Source: an uncultured Pseudomonadota bacterium (GTDB lineage Bacteria; Desulfobacterota; Binatia; Binatales; Binataceae). Taken from it: a stretch of DNA of 64,000 nt. The notes below the pieces were generated by a model. The model ran no database searches and was not told the origin of the DNA. It saw only the letters and a program-made list of their open reading frames with translations. Each line of letters opens with the position of its first letter. Positions within the stretch are counted from its first letter, which is position 1. Below, piece by piece: positions 36,396 through 45,343 of this stretch. A program made the translations under genes and the position numbers. The stretch is from the NCBI GenBank assembly GCA_963795945.1, contig CAWCJN010000003.1, forward strand, positions 71,539-135,538, in the 5' to 3' direction.

Positions 36396-37276
36396 CCGGA
36401 GCTCCGCGAGCGGTCCGCGTAGGCTTCAAGCAACGCGACCGTCTCCCGGAGCCCGTCGATCCGTCGCCCACGCCTGAGCAAACCGCTGCGCTCCATTTGC
36501 TTCGTCGCCGTTTCGATCAAATCAGTTTCAACGCCTAGAATCCGCGCGACGGTGCGTTCGCTTCCATATCCGGCGATTTCGTAATAGCGGCGGACGAGTT
36601 GCGAGGCGGCATCACGGGTAGATATCGAGCGGGCATCGTGCAGCGCCTCGGCCCATTGCCGTTCCACGGTATCCCAGACATAGGTGAACGGTTCGTAGCG
36701 TTCTTCGACCTTCAGCGCGAGAAACTTCTCCTGAAGTTCTTTCATCGCACGATCGAACTCGGCGCGCATCCGAGCTTGTGCATAACCGCTACTCAGCTTG
36801 AGCGCTTTGGTCTCCGCCGCTCCGCGACGCGAGAGCGCGTCCATCACGAGTTTGCCGCAATGCGACAGCAGGCCGCGTTCGTACAATTTTTTGTAGCTGA
36901 CACTTGGTACTCGCAATCGCAAAAACGCCGGCAGCAGCGGGAGGGCGACGAATCCCGGCCGTCCGGCGATCACTTTGCCATAATAGACCGCACGGCGCGC
37001 CGGGAGGTCATCCTTGAGTCGCCAGGTCATCATGATCGCGTGGTCGTGCTGGATATGCTCGGGCAACGCGGGCTCACGGCGACCCTCAATAGCCTCGCGC
37101 AAGCACGGCACGCTCATTCCGGGAGTAAAGGCGGAGCAAAATCCCACCTCTTCGATAAAGGCGAGCGCTTCGCTTTCATCCTTGATACGCCGCGCCGGAA
37201 TCCGCCGAAAATGATGATCGCGATGGCGTTCCAGGCGAGCGGTCAAGTCACTGAGAGCCGGGTGTGAGTCGCTCAT
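36392..37276 (-). CDS. Conserved hypothetical protein (possibly a winged-helix YcaQ-like fold)
   Basis: 294 aa with balanced composition. The opposite-strand ORF 36599..37267 is Arg-rich and looks like an artefact. The family call is weak. Confidence 0.5.
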   Translation of the reverse strand: MSDSHPALSDLTARLERHRDHHFRRIPARRIKDESEALAFIEEVGFCSAFTPGMSVPCLREAIEGRREPALPEHIQHDHAIMMTWRLKDDLPARRAVYYGKVIAGRPGFVALPLLPAFLRLRVPSVSYKKLYERGLLSHCGKLVMDALSRRGAAETKALKLSSGYAQARMRAEFDRAMKELQEKFLALKVEERYEPFTYVWDTVERQWAEALHDARSISTRDAASQLVRRYYEIAGYGSERTVARILGVETDLIETATKQMERSGLLRRGRRIDGLRETVALLEAYADRSRSSG

Positions 37277-37399
37277 CGCCGACGCATTCTTACATACGAC
37301 GGTTATGGAGACGAATTCCGCCGTTGCTGATGATAGAACGCGCGCAATGGGGTGCGCGGTTTATGCGATATGCTATTCTCGCTCGATTCACCGTTCCCA

Positions 37400-37858
37400 A
37401 TGCGTGCTCTGATAACCTTTTTTGCAACCGGCGCTTACGTCGGCTACGTGCCGATAGCACCGGGCACCGCGGGATCGGTACTCGGCCTTTTGCTGGCTAA
37501 ATTCCTATGCGCACCGCTCTGGACCCGCTCCCCTGCGGCATTCGTGATGCTCTTTGTTGTCTTGTTCATAGGTGCGTGCCTTGTCGCCGACGCAGCCGAG
37601 ACGTATTCGGGCGAGCACGATAGTTCACGCATCGTAATCGATGAAATCTTCGGAATGACCGCCACCTTGTTCCTTAATCCGAGCGGATGGATTTGGATAT
37701 TGGCGGGCTTCGCGCTCTTTCGCGCTTTCGACGTAATCAAACCCTGGCCGGCCAGCTATTTCGACCGGATGAGAGGCGGGACGGGCGTGATGCTTGACGA
37801 TCTCGCGGCGGGTATATATGCCAACCTCGTGCTACAGGTAGCATCGCGAGTTCTGTGA
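37400..37858 (+). CDS. pgpA: Phosphatidylglycerophosphatase A
   Basis: MRALITFFATGAYVGYVPIAPGTAGS...VIDEIFGM...FDVIKPWP...GVMLDDLAAGIYA. Confidence 0.85.
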   Translation: MRALITFFATGAYVGYVPIAPGTAGSVLGLLLAKFLCAPLWTRSPAAFVMLFVVLFIGACLVADAAETYSGEHDSSRIVIDEIFGMTATLFLNPSGWIWILAGFALFRAFDVIKPWPASYFDRMRGGTGVMLDDLAAGIYANLVLQVASRVL

Positions 37859-37900
37859 GACAGTTCTCGCGATGTCCAAAAGGGACGGAGGCAACGAGCG

Positions 37901-39187
37901 ATGATCCAGCGAGCCATAATTCTCTCGACCGGCGACGAAATTACTACCGGCAAAGTCGTCGATAGCAATTCCAGCTATCTCGCCGACAAGCTCAATGAGA
38001 TCGGCGTCGAGCTGGTCGCAGTGTTGACCGTCGGTGATGTACCCGAGCGGCTCGAATGGGCGTGGAAGACTGCAATGGAAATGGGCGATGTCGTGATCTC
38101 GACCGGCGGCATCGGACCGACCGCCGACGATCTGACTACTGAAACGATCGCGCGTCTGACCGGGAAAAAGCTCTGGCGCGACGAGCCGTCGGTGGACAAG
38201 ATGAAACGGCTGTTTGCCTCGCTTGGTCGTCAGATGCCCGAGAACAATATCAAGCAGGCGCTCTTTCCCGAGACCGCTGAGGTTATCCTGAACGAACTCG
38301 GCACCGCGCCCGGCTTTCGGATGGCCGTGCCGCAGGCCAGTCATACTTCTCATCTAATCGTGCTGCCCGGCGTACCGCGCGAGATGAAGCCGATGGTCGA
38401 GGAGCAAGTCATTCCGTGGATCAAGCACAATCGCGGCAATGACAAAATTTTTGTCACCCGCATTTTCCAGACGTTCGGTCTGAGTGAGTCGGCGCTTGAC
38501 GAAGCGGTAGCCGGGCTAATCAAGCCGCAAGAGGGCAAGGTGGGGTTCCGCGCGAGTTTCCCGCAAATCTCGATGAAAGTAATGGTCGAGGACCTGCCCG
38601 GTCTCGCCGAAAAACGAGCCGAAGAGTTAGCGCAACGGGTTTACGGCAAAATCGGCAGTTTTATCTATGGTGAGGGCGAGACTTCGCTGGAAGAAGTAAT
38701 CTGTCAGTTGTACACCGCGAAGAAGCTCAAAGCCGCTGTCGCCGAATCCTGCACTGGCGGTCTGATCGGTCATCGCATCACTAACATCGCCGGCTGCTCG
38801 GACTTTTTCGTCGGTGACTTCGTGACGTATTCCAACGAGCTCAAACAACAAATCCTTGGCGTCCGCGCGGAGACGCTCAATCAGCATGGTGCGGTCAGCG
38901 AGCAATGCGTGCTCGAGATGGCCGCAGGCGCGCGCGAACGCAGTGGCGCCAACGTCGCGATTGCAACTTCAGGTATCGCTGGGCCGGGCGGAGGCTCGGC
39001 TGAAAAGCCGGTCGGAACCGTGTGCGTCGGGCTGGTCGGCGATGGCGTCAAGGTCGCACGCCAGTACAACATGATGCGCGGGACGCGCGACTGGATAAAA
39101 CTGCTCGCATCGCAGGTTGCACTCGATTGGCTGCGGCGGTACGTGCTGGACCTGCCAGTCGGCGAAGCGACTCTGTTTCGCAGGTGA
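37901..39187 (+). CDS. cinA: CinA-family competence/damage-inducible protein (MoCF-binding domain plus PncC-like deamidase domain)
   Basis: 428 aa. IILSTGDEITTGKVVDSNSSYLA, and the C-terminus AESCTGGLIGHRIT...GIAGPGGG. Confidence 0.85.
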   Translation: MIQRAIILSTGDEITTGKVVDSNSSYLADKLNEIGVELVAVLTVGDVPERLEWAWKTAMEMGDVVISTGGIGPTADDLTTETIARLTGKKLWRDEPSVDKMKRLFASLGRQMPENNIKQALFPETAEVILNELGTAPGFRMAVPQASHTSHLIVLPGVPREMKPMVEEQVIPWIKHNRGNDKIFVTRIFQTFGLSESALDEAVAGLIKPQEGKVGFRASFPQISMKVMVEDLPGLAEKRAEELAQRVYGKIGSFIYGEGETSLEEVICQLYTAKKLKAAVAESCTGGLIGHRITNIAGCSDFFVGDFVTYSNELKQQILGVRAETLNQHGAVSEQCVLEMAAGARERSGANVAIATSGIAGPGGGSAEKPVGTVCVGLVGDGVKVARQYNMMRGTRDWIKLLASQVALDWLRRYVLDLPVGEATLFRR

Positions 39188-39399
39188 TGCGAGGCTCCGA
39201 CATTCGATCCGCATCGAGAGAGGCTCGCCAGTGCGGAAGCCTGCCTGCCGACGCTGATAGACAGGTATTTCCGGGCATTCCCGCCGCTCATTTATCCAGC
39301 TTTAGCTAGTAGTAGCCGCAAACTAACAGGTTGCGAGCGCTTTTAATCAGCGCAATCTAGTGGTTAAGGGATAACTCCAAGCGTGGGAGGATAGCTATC

Positions 39400-40800
39400 G
39401 TGAAATCTTTGCTTCGGATAGGTATAGCAATAACTGCGGCTCTGGCGTTATTGACCTGCGTGCAAACTATCAGACCGGCTCACGCGCAAGATCAAACGTA
39501 TGTTCCGCCGACTTACAAACCCGCACCGGAGATGCAGCAGTGGCTGTCGGACACGGAGCATCAGAATCCGATTCAGCCTGGAACTGTAATCAGCAACTCC
39601 GATTGGCAACAATACAAAGAAGAGATGCCCTATGGTTTGCAGACACTATTTTCGGGCAAATACTTTTGGAAGATTCCGCCGGACGCCCAGATTCCGATCG
39701 GCAAGACGGTAATTCTGAGCCAACCCAGGCCATACGTTGAAGCAGGCGAAAAATACGGCGCGCAGACCGCTATCGGCGTTACTTCAGCGGGTCACCGTTA
39801 CCTGAAGAATTATCAGGGCGGTATCCCGTTCCCGAGCGCATTCACTCCAACCAACAACGACCCGCAGAAGGGCTACAAGATACTTGCCGACGATTATCTC
39901 TCGTGGGTGCCAGACCATTATGCGCAACCGTTCGACCATCCGGGAATCAGCTGCACCCAGGATCGCTTTGCCAACATGAACTGTACAACGCTCGTTTGGA
40001 TCTATACACAGGTCGGATGGAACACGGATCCGGGCGTACCGCAGAACTATCCACAGGCCGGCGATGCTTGGTTCACCCAGTGGTTTACGGTCGTCACTCC
40101 TGAGCAGTCCAAGTACACGACGAATTTAACGGTTTTCTACAAGAATCCCGAGCATGAGCAGGACGACTACGTTTTCGTCCCATCCTTGCGACGGTCGCTG
40201 CGGCTCGCCGTTACTGCCCGATGTGCTCCTGCGGCGGGTAGCGACCTCGTGCTCGACGACTATTTCACCCCGGGCTTTAATGGCGGCCTTGCACGGTTCG
40301 ATGCGACCTATCTCGGCCGCCGTCAGTTGATGGTGCTCGAAGGCGACTTCACGCATCAGACCGGTCATATTCCCGGTGATTGGGATATGCCGCTGGGCTT
40401 CCCCAAGCCCTCATGGGGCCAGTGGCAGATGCGTAATTACGACATTATCGACGTACGCCGGATTCCGTCGGAAGCAGCCGGGTATTGCTACGGCAGTCGC
40501 GTGATGTACGTCGATTCGGCCTATCATTATGCCGCCTGGCTGGACATCTTCGACCAGAATATGAAGCATTGGAAGATTCAGTTCTGGGCCTCGCGCGCCG
40601 AGGACGTTGCGCCACTCGGACATGTCAACACCAACTCGGTGACATTAGGCGTATGGGACATACAAAACGATCATGCAACTTATCTTTCGACCTACGACGC
40701 CGATGGAGTCGGTCCCCGGTTCAACAATGCGGCGCCGCCCGAATATCATAACTTCGCCAAGTACTGTTCGCCGAGCGGCCTATCGCAGATGATGCAGTAG
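39400..40800 (+). CDS. Secreted DUF1329-like protein
   Basis: GTG start, signal peptide MKSLLRIGIAITAALALLTCV..AHA. The segment YVFVPSLRRSLRLAVTARCAPAAGSDLVLDDY resembles the DUF1329 core. Confidence 0.5.
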   Translation: MKSLLRIGIAITAALALLTCVQTIRPAHAQDQTYVPPTYKPAPEMQQWLSDTEHQNPIQPGTVISNSDWQQYKEEMPYGLQTLFSGKYFWKIPPDAQIPIGKTVILSQPRPYVEAGEKYGAQTAIGVTSAGHRYLKNYQGGIPFPSAFTPTNNDPQKGYKILADDYLSWVPDHYAQPFDHPGISCTQDRFANMNCTTLVWIYTQVGWNTDPGVPQNYPQAGDAWFTQWFTVVTPEQSKYTTNLTVFYKNPEHEQDDYVFVPSLRRSLRLAVTARCAPAAGSDLVLDDYFTPGFNGGLARFDATYLGRRQLMVLEGDFTHQTGHIPGDWDMPLGFPKPSWGQWQMRNYDIIDVRRIPSEAAGYCYGSRVMYVDSAYHYAAWLDIFDQNMKHWKIQFWASRAEDVAPLGHVNTNSVTLGVWDIQNDHATYLSTYDADGVGPRFNNAAPPEYHNFAKYCSPSGLSQMMQ

Positions 40801-40819
40801 CGTCGCTGCGATGATCTCC

Positions 40820-40856
40820 GGTCAACCGGGCTCGACTCGTGGAGCCCCGGTTGACC
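40820..40856. terminator. 11-bp-stem hairpin after the DUF1329-like gene
   Basis: GGTCAACCGGG-(15 nt)-CCCGGTTGACC followed by TTTC. Confidence 0.55.
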
Positions 40857-40861
40857 TTTCA

Positions 40862-41362
40862 TTACGAATCTTCGCCAAACCTTGAGGCTATATTCCTTGA
40901 CTGAACCGAATTCGCGATCGCCCGTTCGATAATATCGTTCCGGCTGACCCGTGCGAGGCCGCCTGCGATATTCGCGACAGGCGCTTTTTGGCGTCCTCCG
41001 GCATCAAGCGATATAAGTCGCCCGCCTGAACGAAATCATCATCGTCGCGGTGCCGCACCGGAGCGTACTGCCAGTTCCGCCGCTAACCTCGACAGGCGCC
41101 CATAGCGGCTCATTGGTCTGCTGCGGGGGCCGTCGAAGCTGTTCGGCTCGTAATTCTTGGCGCAGCCCTGATTGTCGTCGAACGCATGAAGCCATCGCGC
41201 TGATAATTTGTAGTCCGTGTCGCATGCGGACGATTGACCGGCAATTGTATCTGATTCGGGCCGAGCCGATGACGATGCGTATCATCGTAGGAAAATAACC
41301 GCCCCTGCAACATTTTATCTGGAGACGGACCGATGCCCGGGACGAAATTGGCCGGCATGAAC
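40862..41362 (-). pseudogene. Catalase remnant; C-terminal third only, at least 3 frameshifts
   Basis: Reverse-strand pieces in three frames read [60 protein letters not shown] / [19 protein letters not shown] / [17 protein letters not shown] / DDDFVQAGDLYRLMPEDAKKRL / VANIAGGLARVSRNDIIERAIAN. They are collinear with monofunctional catalases. The N-terminal roughly two thirds are absent. Confidence 0.75.
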
Positions 41363-41662
41363 GAGCGGCGCGCCGTTTGCCGGAAATTGGGCACGCGACG
41401 GTTTACAATACCCTCAATGAATTGGTCAATTTGGGAGAGGTACGCGAAGTCACACTGGAGGGGGACCCAAGCGCTACGATCCGGAAACTGTCCGTCACCA
41501 TCAGCATCTGGTATGCGAAGGCTGCGGCGCAACGCGGGACGTGAATCCGGTCGGCGAACGCGACTTGCTGTTGCCTGAGGATGAATGCGCCGGCTTTACG
41601 ATAGACCGTGCCGAGGTGGTTTTCTGGGAATTTGTCCACGCTGCACGGCTTCGCAATCCTGA
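41326..41662 (+). pseudogene. Fur-family (PerR/Fur-like) regulator remnant; 5'-truncated, 2 frameshifts at G-runs
   Basis: Pieces read [44 protein letters not shown] / [29 protein letters not shown]...[12 protein letters not shown] / GICPRCTASQS*. An upstream stop (TAA at 41296) ends the first frame. The breaks are at 41460-41464 and 41626-41628. Confidence 0.7.
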
Positions 41663-41679
41663 AGCGTATCGGAAGCACG

Positions 41680-41725
41680 AAAAAGGCGGGATTATCTTTA
41701 GAGCACAATCCCGCCTTTTTATTTT
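41680..41725. terminator. Rho-independent, bidirectional terminator
   Basis: AAAGGCGGGATT-(13 nt)-AATCCCGCCTTT followed by TTTTTATTTT, with an A-tract on the other side. It lies between convergent genes. Confidence 0.75.
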
Positions 41726-41737
41726 AGCTATCAGTTC

Positions 41738-43471
41738 TCAGGCTTTGCCGTGGCGCAAGAGCTTGCCCGGAGTTGCACCCGTGCAATTTCCTTCGCTGAA
41801 GGTCTCGATGCCATTCACGATGATCGAGCGATAGCCTTTAGACTTCTGCACGCGCCGCCATTCGCCGCCGGGCAGGTCATGGACGATCTCGCCGACCCAG
41901 TCCGGCTCAATGCCAAGACCGTTGAGGTCGTAAACCACCACATCCGCTGCCGCACCCTCACGCAGCACGCCACGATCACGGAAGCCCGCCGCATGCGCCG
42001 GTAGCGCCGAGAGTCGATAATGTGCCTCTTCGAGCGTGATCTTCTGCTCGTCGCGCACCAACCAGCGCAGGAAATCAGTGGTGAATGCGCCGCCAGTGAA
42101 GAACTTGGTGTGCGCGCCGCCATCCGATACACCGGGAAAAGTGAACTGCGAGTTGTTGATGATCTCGGCCATGTACTCGGCGTTCATGCCGCGATTCGGT
42201 CCGAGGAACTCCGCCTTCAAATCGGTCGCGATCGAGAGATCGAGCATCGCTTCGATCGGATGCTTGCCCTCTTCCATGCCGATCTGGCCCAGCGACTTGC
42301 CAACGTACTTCTCCAGCGGCTCGACATTCTCGACCCACTGCACGATCAAATGCTTCGGATGGCCGCCGACGCCTGCCTGAATTGCCTTGAAGTTTGCGTC
42401 GCAGTTATCGTTGGCATAGATCACGGCTTTGCGCAGCTCGGGATCTTTCATCTTGGCGAGCTTTTCTTCCTTCGTTCCGGTGGTCAGCACGCGCCACTCG
42501 GGCAAGGTATCGTACAGGTTCCAATTCTCGAGCGTGAAGGCAAAGCCGCTGCGAACGGTTCCGGCCTGCCCAAAAATCTGACGCCCCTTCGCACGATTCC
42601 GTTCAACGAATCGCATGCTGCGGCGATGGATTTCTGGGTTATTGCGAGTCGGGATGATCGCCTGCCACAGGATTGGACGCTGCGCTTCGTCGGACAGCTT
42701 CTCAACGAAACCCAAGTCGTGACGCGCGTCTCCCGTACCCTGCGTGATTTCCATGAACCCTTCGTCACGCTTACGCAGTACACGCGCGAGATTAAAGATA
42801 TCTTCGTCGCACATTGTATCGGTGACCATCGGCGAGCCGTCATAGTCGGCTTGCACCGAGTTTGGTCCGAGGCGTTGAATCGAAAATCCGCAGAGGCCCG
42901 CGTCCATACCCTCATCGAGCAGGCGGGCCATTTCGGCGCGCTCCTGCTCGGTCGCAGGACGCGTCTTTGCCGCTTCGAGACCCATCACATAGGTCATCAA
43001 CGAGGCGGTCGGCATATATTGAATACAGTTGATGCCCTTAGGAGCGCGGTCCAATGAATCCATGTACTGCGGTATGGTTTCCCAGTCCCAGTTGATGCCA
43101 GCCTTCATCGAGGCGTAAGGAATCGCCTCGGTACGGGTCATTGTGAGCATCGAACGATCGCGGAAATCCGGCTTGCAGGGAGCAAAGCCGAAGCCGCAAT
43201 TACCCAGCACCAACGAGGTGACGCCGTGCCATCCGGAGATCGTGCAGTAAGGGTCCCAGCGAATCTGCGCATCGTAGTGCGTATGCAGATCGATGAAACC
43301 CGGCGCGACGATCAGGCCGCTCGCGTCGATCACTTTCTTGGCGAAGCCGGGGGCGCGCCCGCCGAGTTGCGCGACTTTGCCGTCTTTGATCCAGACATCG
43401 CCGTGGTAGCGAGGCACGCGTGTTCCATCGACGATCGTGCCGCCTTTGATTTGAATATCGTAATCAGCCAT
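41738..43471 (-). CDS. N-acyl-D-amino-acid deacylase (D-aminoacylase) family amidohydrolase
   Basis: I prefer the start MADYDIQIKGGTIVDGTRVPRYHGDVWIKDGKVAQLG..APGFIDLHTHYD after GAGGAGGGA. Confidence 0.8.
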   Translation of the reverse strand: MADYDIQIKGGTIVDGTRVPRYHGDVWIKDGKVAQLGGRAPGFAKKVIDASGLIVAPGFIDLHTHYDAQIRWDPYCTISGWHGVTSLVLGNCGFGFAPCKPDFRDRSMLTMTRTEAIPYASMKAGINWDWETIPQYMDSLDRAPKGINCIQYMPTASLMTYVMGLEAAKTRPATEQERAEMARLLDEGMDAGLCGFSIQRLGPNSVQADYDGSPMVTDTMCDEDIFNLARVLRKRDEGFMEITQGTGDARHDLGFVEKLSDEAQRPILWQAIIPTRNNPEIHRRSMRFVERNRAKGRQIFGQAGTVRSGFAFTLENWNLYDTLPEWRVLTTGTKEEKLAKMKDPELRKAVIYANDNCDANFKAIQAGVGGHPKHLIVQWVENVEPLEKYVGKSLGQIGMEEGKHPIEAMLDLSIATDLKAEFLGPNRGMNAEYMAEIINNSQFTFPGVSDGGAHTKFFTGGAFTTDFLRWLVRDEQKITLEEAHYRLSALPAHAAGFRDRGVLREGAAADVVVYDLNGLGIEPDWVGEIVHDLPGGEWRRVQKSKGYRSIIVNGIETFSEGNCTGATPGKLLRHGKA

Positions 43472-43655
43472 TCCGGTTCCCTCCTCGATTGGTAAGGACT
43501 GTGGCGTCCATACTCTTTCTAAATTGTTTCTCTCTACGATCCTTATAACAAAAAGAAGTCTGGTTTCACCAGAGATACGCGCATGCCGCAAAACCCCGCC
43601 AAGTGTCGATTCATGCCGATGTCCTGCGGCAATCTGGTACGTCCGATTACTCCAA

Positions 43656-44810
43656 CTATGCGTCGATTCCCATCAGCTCGGCGAAATTGGTCGCATAGAA
43701 GCGCTCTTTCGCCGGTTCGCTGGTGTTGGCCATCGACTCCTCAAAACGTTTGAGCGGATTGCGGCCACCCTCGATATGCGGATAGTCCGACGAGAAGAGG
43801 AACAGCTCCTCACCCGCCTGATCGATTATCCATCCGGTGGGCTCGGTCGGATGCGGCGTGAACTTGAGCTGCCGTCGAACATAGTCCGAGGCCTTCATCG
43901 GCAATGCCAGCCCCGGCTCACCTTTTACGAAAACCTGCTGTGCGATATCGAGCCGTTTGAGCCACGGCACTACCCACATCGCGCCGAGCTCGATGACACC
44001 GCCGCGCAACTTGGGAAACTGCTCAAAAGTTCCATCAAGCACCATCGCGCTCAGAAACGCCTCGGCTGGTCCGTGCAGCATCATGAAGGCTTTCGAATCA
44101 AGGTTTTCGCCGCCACCTAGGAAATCCTGAATGGGGCCGCGGTCATTGTTGCGATACTGCGCCGGCATTGGCGTGGAACCCGCGCCGACGTGCAGCATGA
44201 ATGGAATGTTGGCTTCCTGCAGACGGCTCCATACGCCATCGTAGTCGTGATGACTGGGGGATTTGTCACCGGCGGGTCCTGCGGGAATCCAGAAAGTGCC
44301 GCAGCCAAGCTTGAGTCCTTCATCGATTTCGCGCTCGGCGCGCTGCGCGTCGTCGAGCGGGATGAATCCGACCGGAATCAAACGTTTGTCGTACTTGCAG
44401 AAATCACTGATCGCGCGATTGACGGCGCGCGCGCCCCCATAAAGCAGCTCAAGGTCGTACTCGCGTTGATCGAAGACCCCCCAGAACTGGCTCATCGCTA
44501 GTGAGGTGAAGACCAGCTGGCGATTGAAGCCGAGGAGATCCATTGCGCGGGCCCGTTCAGCCGGATCGAAAGCGCCCAATGCCTCCCATCCTTTGATCAC
44601 CATAAAATTCTGGTCGATGTTGACCTTTTTCCAGTGCGCGTCATCGAACTTGCCCTTCATCGCATGCTCCGCCATCTTGCCGGTCCGCGACACATCGAAC
44701 GGTTTCAGGATCGACCGGGTTTTAGCGTCAGCATAGTCGGCCAGCCAGGTGGCCGGCTCCATCACATGGGCGTCGGCATCGTTATAGATGCGTCCCTCTG
44801 CATACGGCAT
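43656..44810 (-). CDS. Amidohydrolase-2 (TIM-barrel metal-dependent hydrolase/decarboxylase) family protein
   Basis: 384 aa, ...FSSDYPHIEG at the C-terminus, typical of the family. Confidence 0.65.
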   Translation of the reverse strand: MPYAEGRIYNDADAHVMEPATWLADYADAKTRSILKPFDVSRTGKMAEHAMKGKFDDAHWKKVNIDQNFMVIKGWEALGAFDPAERARAMDLLGFNRQLVFTSLAMSQFWGVFDQREYDLELLYGGARAVNRAISDFCKYDKRLIPVGFIPLDDAQRAEREIDEGLKLGCGTFWIPAGPAGDKSPSHHDYDGVWSRLQEANIPFMLHVGAGSTPMPAQYRNNDRGPIQDFLGGGENLDSKAFMMLHGPAEAFLSAMVLDGTFEQFPKLRGGVIELGAMWVVPWLKRLDIAQQVFVKGEPGLALPMKASDYVRRQLKFTPHPTEPTGWIIDQAGEELFLFSSDYPHIEGGRNPLKRFEESMANTSEPAKERFYATNFAELMGIDA

Positions 44811-44902
44811 CGAAACTTTCCTCCCTCAAAGGCCTGCGGTGAGGCGGCTAATGTCATCATGGACAATCCTGGCTGCATTGTACAAGCGATTTGTTCCGCT
44901 TG

Positions 44903-45232
44903 CTACTTCACACGGGCGTAGCCGATCACGTCTCCGGTAGTACCCGTGATGGTGAGAATTCCGTACCCGGGCGTGCATTTAACCGCAGCTACGGACGTCG
45001 TGTCCGTGCACAGCACGACGTCGCCGGCGCCGGTAAAGCAGTCGTCATTGACGGTCGCGGTGGCAGTCGCGAGCGTCACATGGCCGCCGCAATTCGCGCC
45101 TGACGACACCGTAAATCCGCCGAGTGGGCTCCACGAGCTGATCGTAGAGGGCGGCGTCGGTTGCGGCTGTACCTGAAGGCAGCCTGCGGCAAGCAGGGTG
45201 CAGGAGAATAGGGCGACGGAGCTGAGGCGCAT
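44903..45232 (-). CDS. Small Cys-containing lipoprotein
   Basis: I prefer the start MRLSSVALFSCTLLAAGC (lipobox LAAGC). It lies downstream of the riboswitch-controlled receptor. Confidence 0.5.
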   Translation of the reverse strand: MRLSSVALFSCTLLAAGCLQVQPQPTPPSTISSWSPLGGFTVSSGANCGGHVTLATATATVNDDCFTGAGDVVLCTDTTSVAAVKCTPGYGILTITGTTGDVIGYARVK

Positions 45233-45343
45233 ACAGGATAACCTAACCCCCAGCCTCTTCCCTGAAAAGAAAGGGATGTCAGACAAACGTTTCACGAATC
45301 TAGTTTCCCTCTCAATTCAGGAGAGGGGTCAAGGGAGAGGTCT

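Noticed and set aside
36599-37267. 222-aa plus-strand ORF
   Set aside because: It is Arg-rich and looks like a shadow ORF. The minus-strand 294-aa ORF has balanced composition and a plausible start, so I kept that one.
42020-43057. 345-aa plus-strand ORF
   Set aside because: It is antisense to the well-supported D-aminoacylase gene. Its Arg/Leu/His-rich composition is typical of shadow ORFs in high-GC DNA, and I saw no recognisable motifs.
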